Below, in pieces: positions 23,110 to 34,056 of a DNA stretch of 64,000 nucleotides (position 1 is the stretch's first letter; every line of letters starts with the position of its first letter). The notes beneath the pieces are model-generated. The model saw nothing but the letters and a program-made list of their open reading frames with translations, was not told the origin of the DNA and made no database searches. The position numbers and the translations under genes are program-made. Source of the stretch: Amoebophrya sp. A120 (taxonomy: Eukaryota; Protista; Dinoflagellata); NCBI GenBank assembly GCA_905178155.1, contig CAJINV010000007.1:2771151-2835150 (forward strand), given 5' to 3'.

Positions 23110-26100
23110 TCATCCTTCCGGCACCGACGTGAGGGCAAAAATGTTTCCCTGGTCTTGAAACGGGTTCTTGACCCGGTCGACCACCGACAAAACAACGCAC
23201 ATGGACGGCGAATTCAGGTTCAAATCCAGTTGGTCGCGACACTGCACCTTCACAAAATTTTCCGAATCGTGTGGTGCAGCAGCTACATCACAGGAATTTG
23301 ATTCCTCTTCGATTTCAAAGTCGTCGGAGTACTCCGAGCAAAGATCTTCAGGATCTTCATCTTCTGAAGCAGTTTTGTTGTCGGACAGGATTTCATCATC
23401 GTCCTCGATTGTAGCACCGCCTGGCCGTTGCTGGCCGCCGAGCAGCTGATCTTCTTCTGCACCTCCAGTGTGCTGGGCACGATGTGCTGGCAGACCAGCA
23501 GCCGCACGCGGTTCCACTCCCTGCGCTATCCGCGGTGAGTGAATCTCCAGATTTATGGGCGTAGTTTCCTCATGTTCAGCATCTACGTCCCCTGCGCTGG
23601 CTGGATTCTTGAAGGCTCCACCCTGAAGATGTCCTCCCGGGGCGGAAATCATGTTCCTGTTCTCGTTTTGTTCAGCAGTACTATTGGTGAAAAAGCCAGC
23701 CTGCCCTTGGTTGTTCTGGTTCATCTTCATCTTCGCGTTGTCTCCGTTCGATGGTGTTTTCCGCTCAAACACAAGCTGAAAGTCCTCGCCCGCGTTCACC
23801 TGGGCGAGAAACAGCTCGTCATCATCCTGCTCGCCGTCCTCATCGTCCGCACTCAGGGACGCGAGTAAGGAACTGTTTACCCGCCTCCTCGCGGTTTTCG
23901 TCGTGGACGCTCTGGAGGTGTAGAAGTCGTTGGAACTGTAAAGCGGAGGACGTTCTTGCTCAAGATTTGTTCCACTTGAGTAGCAATTGTCTTTTACCGT
24001 TGCGGAGCTACTAGCCATACTGCTTTGTGGGTGGTTTGATGTGGCTGGACTTGGGTCGGGCGCCATTACGCGCTGAGGCCCTGTGTTTGTTCTGCAAGGT
24101 GGCGCGCGACCGTCTTCACCGTCCTCGTCCTCCAGTGGAGATGCGAAGGTTGGCGTGATTTTCACCGTGACAGCTGACTCCTGTGTGGCCTGCATGTCCA
24201 GGAAATGTGGCCGAGAGCGCGCGTTTGAGAGAAGCGGCCCTGAGTTTGTTGTTCAATATTTTCCTATCCAAGCAAAGACAAAGAAACCCAGTACCATCGT
24301 TCGGGAACAATGCAAAAAAAAGTTTTGTACAACTATTGAAAGTCGGTCTATGTTACCTCCGGCTGCAACGCCATGGGCTTCGTCCGCCGGAGTCCTCGCC
24401 ATACTTTCACCACCTTCACCTGCTTGCTGTCCTATTCCGAAAACCGCATGGACTTCTGAAGGTTCCCCGCCACGACCGACCACGTATTTCAAGCTCGCAT
24501 TCAGCTGGTGTGCATCTTCGGTCCAGGCTGCGCGCGTCACGCGGAAAGGATCGCTTTCAACATCACCTTCCAGAGGATTCTTTGCTAAAGAACAACCGTC
24601 TGCAAGGAGCCCATTCTCGCGACTCAGCCGCAACTCGTCATCCGGCGGAAGGTCGCCGGGCAAAGAGAGCTTTTGCGTCTGCTGGAAGTCAACTTGTTCA
24701 TCGTCCTCTGGGTCATGTACTACTTCTGCTTCGTCCTGAATCCGGATCTTGAAAACTTCGTCTTGCGCAGCGTCGTGCGAATAGAAATGCTGACGCATAG
24801 CAATAGTAGCGTCGTGCTCGTCCCGACTGCTCTCTTTTCTTTCTAATTCTACCGCGCCTCGTTCCGCGGATAGAGATCCTCCGAGCTGTGTAAGCGACTT
24901 ATTCAGGAAGTTGTCGATGTTCTCTTGGTCGTTCACCATTCCCGGCGAATCCACACTGGAGGTGTTCAGCATGCGGTAAAAGTCCTTCCCATCGTGCACC
25001 AAAACCGTCTTTTTCTTCTTTATCCCCAAGTGCCGCCCGCTGTTCAGAAACACGGGGTTTGCTGAAAATGCTTCTGGTGAGTAGGCTACCGTCGGTTCGG
25101 GGTGCGGCACTGGGGGAGCGGGGCTGGGAATCCGTGGGTTGGGTAAAGGTTCGTCCGTGGAAAAGTTGGTCTGTTCGATCGCGTTTATTCGGTCGTTTCC
25201 CCCAGCGGAAGAACCTTCTTGCACTCCGCCCTGGCCACAATTATTGAATTGCCGCATGCGGTCCACGAAAGAGCTCCGGCGCTTGTTTGTCGTCGTGGAT
25301 GTAGTGGAATTGGTGCTTCCATTCGTGGCCCTGTTTGCAACCGCGTCGAGTGTGGAGTTCCGGCTGGATCGGTTACTGCACGTGTGCGGCGTGCCGTCGC
25401 CCGAAGTGGTAGTGCCGGAGGAGCCTGCGCGTGGTCGGTTCCTGCGAAGATGTTGACTCCCGGCGGGTAAAGCCACGTGGGACTGCGACGGGAACATTTG
25501 CCGACCAGACTCACGTTCAACATCCTTCGTTGCTGCGACGGGTTGATACTCGTCAGCACCTCCAGCCCCGCTGACCCCGGCTTCTGATGCGCTCGGAGTG
25601 CTGGCTGCGCGAGGCGTCACTCTTGATGTCGAGCCGTCCTTCGCGTTTGCTTTCATTCTGCCATGCTTGGAGTTGGACGATAGAGATGTAGAGCTGCTAG
25701 TACTGGAGGACGACCCTCCAGTACCGACGACTACCCCAGCATACGACTTTTCTTCAGCCGTTCTTCTCTTGCTTCGGTCGCGGTCTGTTGCATGCTCTCC
25801 TCGGTTCTTGACCGCGTGGTCCTTCGACAGTCTCATCTTGTTCCCGCCCGGCCCACCAGCAAAACTGTTGATTTTTTCCTGTGATTTCTTCCTGGCCATG
25901 TAGTTCCGCAAGTAGCTATCGCCTTGGCTGTTCCCCACCTGACTGCCGTTCGACGAGTTTTTATTATTGTTGTTTCCAGTAGATGAGGAACACCCTGAAA
26001 TGGAAGACGACGAAATCGGAACCACTGCCCTGGGGTTTCTGTGCTTCGGCGGCGAAAGCGCTTTCAGGGGTTTGGATTTCTTCCTCTCCAGTATCACCTG

Positions 26101-29100
26101 CTGCGCAGGCCGTGGCGTCGTGACCCTGGACATATTGTCTTTCCCGCGAGGATTTCTTGTTGACAAAGAACAGCTATCGAGTGCAGCAGCAGCAGCTTCT
26201 GGCGGCGTGCTGTCCATTTTCCCCGCCGGCGTGCAATTCCCACTGGAGCTGTAGCAGCCATAGTGCAACACAGACCCTCCACCTGGTGGCGTCACGAGTC
26301 TATCTCGGTCGCTTGTACAACTTCCGAGGATCTTCGGCGTGGACCCCTGTGACATTGGTGGCGTCTTACCCCGCCGGACGATCACCTCTGGCAGCTGCAT
26401 GTGGCTTCCCTCGCTGGTGCTGTTTGCCCGAGATCTCGTGGGCCCGGAAGACTGCGAAGGGGGGCGAGAGGAGGAGGCTGTAGTCGTCCTTCTGGGTACA
26501 GTTTCGGGCTCACCAGTTTCACCCGAAAAATAGTTGTCCGCTGACCCCCTTCTCTTCCTCCTTCGTAAGTGGTCGGCGAGGGCCGTATGATGTTCAGAAT
26601 TCATTTCATCTACCGGCGCGGCTTGATGTTCTTGATCATCGACCTCCCCTGCAAAGATTGTTGATGTGAACGACGAGTCCGGACGAACTAACTCACCGCC
26701 GGAACCGCCCCCGCAGTCCGCCTCAGCGCGTCCAGACGAAGCAGCTGCACGTGGACCAACTGAAGAGAGATATCGTTCGCTTTGTTCAACTTCAACATCT
26801 AGATACGGTTCATCATCCCGTTGTGCTTCTTGCGGCGCTGCTCGTCCTGCTGCACTTGCCATGATCGCGTGACTTTTTGAAGGAGATTTCTTTGGTTTCA
26901 TATCACCAACGCCGCTCGCTCCCTGCAGCAGCTGCTCTCCTCCTTCGTGCATGACGATGATGCTGCTGCTGCTACTGTTCGAGGGGAGGTGATTCGACGG
27001 CGAGTAGGCCAGGGTGTCCTCGCTCGGGAAGTTGCTTGTGATGTTAAAAGTGATCGGCCTGTTCGGATCGTAGGACTCCGCCGTTAGTAGATTCACTCCT
27101 CCCTGAAGATCATCGGCGGGTGATATTCTTCTAGCTGGTCCTTCTAAAAACCGCGGATCCTCGTCGTTGTACTGCATTTCCACATGATGATGGTCTTGTC
27201 GTAATTGTCCTACTTCTCCGATAGGCAAAGACCGCAGTGTGGTCTTCACTGTGGCCTCTTCGTCGGCAACATTATCTCCATTGTCATCTTGTCCATCCCC
27301 CTCGTTTCTTGATTCTGAGAGAAGCTGGTCGCGGCCCCCGGGGTACTGATGTACTTCTTCTTTTAGAGCATCAGGACCAGCAGAACTCCCCTCCTCCTGA
27401 TCTTTCTGTAGATGTTGTCCGGGCATCGGCACATCATCAAGCGTCGCCTCCGAGGTCGTGGCATTGGTACCTTGTGGCTCTATTATTTCCTCCTCCTCCT
27501 CTTCTTTGACTTCCTCAGCGTCGCCCCAGCTTTCGTCGTCCTCGCTCGACTGGCCATTCAGGGGTCCGGAATTTTTTTCTTCCTGTTCGTCCTCTGCTGC
27601 GTGATCCAGCTCTCGCCAGTCGCACAGCTGCGGATAGAAGACCGGATCGAGAAACGCGTAGCGCTCGAGTGAAGAGGAACTTGATGATGTCGCAGTTGTA
27701 TTCTTCATCATCTCCGCGTCGGCGGGCAGTTCGGTAGAAATTGTACTAGATGTTGGGAAGGACGCGGGAGCTGCTGCATCTGGTGCAGCTAGTGGTAGAA
27801 GTCCGTCTTCACCTACAACTTCACTTTGCTGCACGCTGGATGAGGCTGTTCCTGAAGCAGGCAGCAGGGGTGGACGACCTCCAACTTCCGGACGACTTCC
27901 AGCAGGCCCAGCAGGTGTGTCACTGGTGCCACTGGCAGGAGCTGCTGCAGGGGTTTTACTGATACTCTTTTTCACGGCACAGATTCCGTATTCCTCCTTG
28001 AAAATGCGCTCGATTTCGGCCATGCCCTTGGCCGCCCGGATTCGCGCTTTCGGGTTTTCGAGCAGCAGTTTCTCTTCCAGCAGAAATCTCACGTTGTTCA
28101 CCGCACCACCGCTCACGACGTGGTCCGGCAGCCGCTGCCAATCCGCCTATCGTATTTAAAAACGTCCCCACCGCATGGCTGTAATGCAAATCCGCATGCT
28201 GAAAATGTTTCTCATGCGGAGCCCCATGGGAAGCATTTTCTGTATGTGCTTTGGAATTTGTCATGCTCCAATCAGCATGATATACTAGATCTGTGATGCT
28301 GCTGAACTACCTCAAACAGCACAACGCTACGAGTCCAAATTTGTCATGCAAAGCAGCCAAATCTTGTGGATTTGTCTAGCCGATTCCCCATCTTGACTAT
28401 GGTGTGGGGAAGTTTTTACATAGGATACCGCCTTGGAGATCTTCAACGCCAGGGCCGCGAGGTTGGTACCGGTAAACGGGCGGTCCGGAAACGCGATGGA
28501 CTCGTAGAGGCAGACGCCGAAGCTCCACATGTCGGAAGCCGGGCCGTATTCCTCACCGTTCACGAGTTCGGGGGCGAAATAGTGCGGCGTCCCAATCACC
28601 GTCTTCGCGCGGACGGTGGACTTCGTGTTCTGGCTGTTATGCGCGTTCCTCGTCGTAGTCCCGCGCTGGTGTTGCAGATGACCAGCCTTGCTACCGCTGC
28701 TCTTGGTCGTGTTGCCACTCGTGCTGTCGCCTGAAAGGTGGTTTGTTTTATTGTTTTTATCGCTCGTATCAAAACTTCATGTACTGGCTCTAGCCGTTGT
28801 ATAGTGAACAAAGCAAAAACTTCTACTTTTCATGTCCTTTAGCGAGATTTCTGTTCATCAAAATGGCCGACACGATTTAGACTAGAAAGACCAATAGACA
28901 AAACCTCGGCGTTCTATACCGACGAAACACACCCCGAAGTCGGCCAGCTTCGCTCGGCCGAGCGGGAACAGCAGGATGTTCGCCGGCTTCAAATCTCGGT
29001 GGAGAATTTTCTTGGCGTGGCAGTAAGCCAGCGCGGAGAGCACCTGGCCGCCCCAGCAGAGCGCCTTCGCCTCGCTGCACCGGCCGGATTTCTCGCAGTG

Positions 29101-29523
29101 TTGGTGCAGATCCCCGCATTTTGCGTACTCCAACACGATCTGCAAAACGTCCTTCTCGGAAAACAGGACGTCCTTGCAGTCCACAATGTTGGGGTGCCTG
29201 GAAAGTTTCTGCAACAATTTGGCCTCCTTCAGCGCGCGCTTCCTCAGTTGTTTCGACAAGCCGGAGAGGTCGACTAACTTGACCGCGACCAAAATCTGCT
29301 GTTCGACTAGTTGTACTATGGGAGCTTGTTCTGTAGTTGATGCCCCGGGTTGTAGGCAGCTGTTGGTTGTCGTAGTTGTTATGCTGTTCGTGGACGAAGA
29401 TGAACATGTTGCTGAGGTACACTCTGTCTCGTCTACATTTATCTTCGCTGAAGACGTTGTGGTTAACAAGCAAAGCCGCACTTGCCCGAAGGCTCCACGA
29501 CCCAGATGCCGGATCGTCTTCAT
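23110..29523 (-). CDS. NEK/NIMA-family Ser/Thr kinase with a very long low-complexity C-terminal tail
   Basis: Motifs [59 protein letters not shown] and [14 protein letters not shown]. Excising 28148-28427 gives KISKADWQRLP. A probable GT-AG intron 24240-24356 joins ORF 23110..24195. Intron(s) near 28740-28930 are not fully resolved. Confidence 0.85.
28148..28427. mobile_element. Introner/MITE family B (opposite orientation to 10422-10700)
   Basis: Imperfect TIR TATCGTATTTAAAAACGTCCCCAC...GTGGGGAAGTTTTTACATAGGATA, with direct repeat CCGCC at 28143-28147 and 28428-28432. Its reverse complement aligns end to end with 10422-10700 (280 vs 279 bp). Confidence 0.9.
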
Positions 29524-31742
29524 TGGAACGACTGCTTCAGCGCGGAATACGTTTATTTCTTGCCTGTAAAAATACTACTCAACTTGCTCATAGCAGGAGC
29601 AAGTCGTGCTGCAACCAAGCAGCAGCTATGTATTAGGAGCAGACCAAGAGCAGGACGAGCATGAGTAGAGTCGTGTGTTGACCTCCACTGCTCGTGCAGG
29701 CTGGCCGCACGAGCCAGACCATGAGCATGATACGCTGTCCTTCATAAAGCGGAGCAATCGCAACAGGAAAAATGCGGTGTTCAAAAAAAAAATCTGCGCT
29801 GTCTTCGTCGTAGTCAATACTAATTTAGGCATTGTCATGATTTGGATTGCTGTCATGTATCGGTATAAGTCGACTCAGCTGTTGGCTTTCTCAAGATAAA
29901 AAGATTTCTTCGTAAAAATCTCGACCGCAGGCGCAGACGAGTCGCAGTCGCATCTTCTCTAACGATAAGTAACTAAGAATCAACAACCTGAAAAACATCA
30001 CTCGAACGAACGGGTCGTACTCGTAGTCGTACCTTTCTATACAACTACATACTCTCCTCTCGTCGTCGAGCTCCGCATCAAAACCTCCTCCTCTACCTCT
30101 CTCTTCACAACTACGAAGACGACAATGCAGCATGTTGAACTGTACTGGCATGAGGTAGGTCAACAATCAGGAACCGGATCACACTGACCACTGCTAATGT
30201 TGAGAGAAGTACAACAATAAGCATAGCAAAGTAAACTAATCTAAAACATATTAAAATAAATATGGAAAGCACACCTAGATCGCTGGTTAAATCGTTTTTC
30301 AAGAGCGGAAGAAGGAGCATGGGGAACCTAAAGACGGCGAAGTTGAAGGGCGAGCAAGTGTTCGTTTGTAAGCATTCTTGTGGTCAGCTGGTAATTGTGA
30401 ACGTCTTCACTGGCGCCTTAAGCACCGGCCTAAACCTGTGCACCGTTTGCCTACGGTGCACAGATCGATCATGATCTGCGGCTCCAGCCTTTTATTACTT
30501 ACTCGTGCGGAAGATGAAGAATGGGCGCGGCTGCAACGCAGATAGCTTGCAGCTACCACTATCTCTCGGTAATTTCTCTCATGAAGAACCAGTACGACGA
30601 AAGGAAGAAGAACACGCTTACAAGATTATTTTCATCTAGCAGCGCGGCTGCCTATTTTGGATCAGCAAGCGCTAAAAGCATGCAAGGAAGAGATATAAAA
30701 ACTCAACTTATTGCAATTCATTTTATATGATGAGGGACGGTGCTTACGCCTTGACAATCACCGTGGATTTTTGCAATACAAATGTAGAAATTTCTGATGC
30801 CAAATAGCCACTTTTCCAACGTCATGCAAAAATAAAAGTTGGACCACGGGAGGAGGTGGACCGAGACTGACTTTGAAGACTGATGGCATAGCATGCAAAA
30901 ATACAAGTGCTTTGCACTCGAGCTTACATTCGTGTCTTATTTTCCTAAAGAATGAAAACTAACAAAAGACGATAAGTCTGAAGACTAAACTGCACATCGG
31001 TCAAGCACTTAGGTAAAGGCAGTGCACTTTTTTTACGCTATAATTATTGGGGGATGAGCACTCGACTGCTGCACGAGCTGCCCAAAGAACAAGGATCAAG
31101 GAGTTTCTGCGACGAAAGATTTTCGACAGTACAACTGTAATACTCAAGCTGCGACAGAGTCGTCTCTGATACCTCACGGAAGTCATGCTTGTTCTTAACA
31201 AAAAAGAGCTGTCCCCTTGGGGGATCGATATCAGTTGTGTGACAGCAAAGCGAGTCGACACACGATCGACTCACTTCGTGCACTGTAAAGGTGAATGCGT
31301 ATGGCCAAAAAATAATACGATTCAAATGCGAGCTATCGCTGTGCGCAAAATCAGAAAAGGCGCAGTCCCTTCCGCAGTCCCTGTCTCGACATCACAAAGC
31401 TCAGGCTTATCTGTCTGGAGAAGTAAAAGAAGAGAGCACATCCACATCATACATCTAAATTCACACATCATACTCCGTCCTGCAAACTCTTCAATACTCT
31501 CGTCTAAAGAGAGACGCCGACGTTGTACGTTTTTTCGCGTTTTGTGATCTGGTGGGTCGTTATCCGCTAGATGCGTAAAGTTGTAATCTCCCCAAGTAAG
31601 TTGTATCTCACTTTTCCAGTGCAGAGGCTAGTACTCGAGGTCCTCCTGTGCTGGAGCTGGTGCAAGTTGGCGGCACCAAATGTCGTTGATGTCGCGAAAG
31701 TCGGCGGACAAACAAACAACAAACCTTCACCAACAAACAAAC

Positions 31743-32116
31743 TGTAGGCATGATCAAGAAACACGATGCAAATCGATCTTGACAACCAACCCGATTCCGC
31801 AAGGCAAAATTGAAATCACGACGCAAATCAAGCTGCACTGATGATGATTCAAAATGAGGTCTAACCGAAATCACGATGTAAATTTGATGGTGATGATCAA
31901 CGATTGTTGATCTGATTTTAGCGTATACTATGGTGATTCGAGTCTGAATTTGAAGTACCCCAAAACTTGAATGTTTACCCGCAGGCTGTACGTTAGTACC
32001 ATTCAGATTGATTGCAACTTGAAACGCCTTCAAACAGGGCTTATCTACACCTTCACTCAAAGATGACCAGTGTTCAAATCGCCCGCGTTTCTTGCGTTGT
32101 TGATTGTCTTCCGACA
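31743..32116 (+). repeat. 5' LTR (374 bp)
   Basis: TGTAGGCATG...CTTCCGACA, repeated at 38521-38885. Confidence 0.96.
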
Positions 32117-32118
32117 TT

Positions 32119-32140
32119 CTAACGCACAGCCTTGAGCTGA
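32119..32140 (+). other. Atypical primer-binding site complementary to LTR 31985-31996 plus the 3' end of the dinoflagellate spliced leader
   Basis: CTAACGCACAGC-CTTGAGC-TGA begins 2 nt after the LTR. Its reverse complement contains GCTCAAG-GCTGTGCGTTAG, while the LTR reads CCCGCAG|GCTGTACGTTAG. There is no TGG start as expected for tRNA 3'-end priming. Confidence 0.7.
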
Positions 32141-32900
32141 CACCAAGTCCAAGACACGACCAGTGCCAACACGACAACAACTACCAAGACTGGTCCCCCC
32201 GCAACACTACAGCCACACCAAGAGCCGCAGAAAGGTACCCAGAGTGAGAGAACTTCTGGTAGTGTTTTGAGTAAATTTTTGGTTATTTTGAGTTCAAATT
32301 TTTAGCAAAATAACCCCCAGCCACCGAGTTCAAATCAGCCAACATTGGTGATTTGCTGCTGTGCTATCGTGCTTCGATACACGGTCAGAGGCTGGAGAAT
32401 TTGTAATAATACACCTATACAGGTGCAAGCGAGAGACAAAGCCACCAAAGGTGCATGCTACGAAGCGCATGACCTTTGCCGAAGCATCGAGCGAGGAAGA
32501 GGAAAGGCACTAAAAGTGTACCTGTTTCGGTCTGTTTTTCATCATTGGAAATTTTGAATGCGAACACGCACAAAGAGACACAAACTCGCATGCTAATCCC
32601 CGTCAATAACAACTATTACAGTTTGGACGGCGGATTTGCGTACCGAGCAGCAGCCTGGTACAAGAGCAAGAACCCAACAGCCGGGTACGAAGAGGCACTA
32701 AATTACGTCGGTTTTTGAAAATAGGAATGTGAGTGTAAGTCTGATTACGTCTGTAGTTGCATCGTGATTCAACAAGATGATCGCATTAGACATGCTGCGT
32801 ACCATCTGAATTCGATTGCAAATTTGCTGTACAGGTAGCCGCCCACGCGTGTACCGAGTACGACAGACGCTACAGCCGCGACGCGCGTGCTCATCGTAAA

Positions 32901-34056
32901 ATGATGGGGGCGCCGGATGACGAGAGTCGCCCGAACCTTTCCGGCACCGTCGGAATGGTTTACGACGCGGAACACGAAGGACAGGCAGGAAAGGACTTCT
33001 CTGCATTCAAGGGATACGCGATCGCTCAAGCGTTCGCCCTTGACATCGGAGCACAGTTCAAAGAGGACTTGGGAGGAAAGGTCGCTCTTGATAAGTGGGA
33101 TGAGGTTGATCAGTTAGCCCGTGACCAATGGGTTGCTGATGGCAAACACGAAAACGACTTCTGGCCCTCTTACACAACCGAAGTCCGCTCTGCTTATGGA
33201 AAGTTGTATGGTGCAGCATTCAAATCCTTAACCGGAAAAGCCCGAGCCAAAGCGCAAGAGGTTCAGGAAAAGCCCGGGGCTGCCGCGTGCGTAGTCACCT
33301 TGATCCACGCGATTAAGGAAAAGGCTAACCCACAGACCGCCGGTGCCCGTCGTATGTTGATTAAGGAATATTTCAACAATACGCAGGGAGAAGATGAAAC
33401 TGTGGACGAACATGTTGACAAACAGCTCAAGTCTCTGATGACGAAACTGGGCGGATCAATCACTATTGACGAATTGAGGCACCGCTGCACTTTCGGGAAC
33501 ATGCGTGAGGAATTCGATGATTGCAACAAGCGCGCCTTGGCGGATGGATCTAGTTTCGAAGAAACTAAGAATCACATGATCGAGGAAGAACGTGCTCACT
33601 CCAGCAACGGAGAGACCACGAAGCACAAGGCTAATCTGGTCCGCAACAAGAATTCTCGCAGCAAGCATGGTCCGCACCCGGATCACGTTCAGAAGAATCG
33701 CGAAAAGCAAATGTTGTCCAACATGTTTAAGAAGGAGATGCCGAATCTGATCCAGCAGGCCGCTGCGAATCTGATCGCGCAAAATCCAAACTTGGCCGTG
33801 AATCAGACTGCTGGTGGTAATGACGACAGTCATGCGGCCAATTATGCAGGAGATTCCAAGTGATGTTCGAATTGCAATTCGGAATCCCATAACTAACGCC
33901 AAGGACTGCTGGTACAAAAACAGCAACAAGGTCAATAAGCAATCTTCCAACAAGAACAACGGGAAGGGTAACAACACGAATACTGTTCGCAAGGGCAACG
34001 ACAAACCGAAGGGCGGAGGTAAGAAGGGAAAAGGAAAGAAGGGGAGGAAGCACTGA
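32901..34056 (+). pseudogene. gag: Copia gag with a disrupted CCHC zinc knuckle
   Basis: ORF 32901..33863 ends in TGA immediately before CSNCNSESH. Removing a TAAC tandem duplication (33890-33897) restores C-x2-C-x4-H-x4-C (CSNCNSESHNAKDC) and a Lys/Gly-rich tail ending at TGA 34054-34056. Confidence 0.8.

Noticed and set aside
30436-30463. Perfect 11-bp hairpin CTGTGCACCGT/ACGGTGCACAG as a Helitron 3' end or terminator
   Set aside because: No CTRR end or U-tract follows, and there is no second copy in the window.
31608-32180. Duplicated minus-strand ORFs (also 38500..38952)
   Set aside because: They are antisense translations of the two LTRs.
33861-34056. Genome-wide UGA reassignment
   Set aside because: In-frame UGAs are confined to the decayed retrotransposon, and host genes use TGA as a normal stop (e.g. 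48717-48719).
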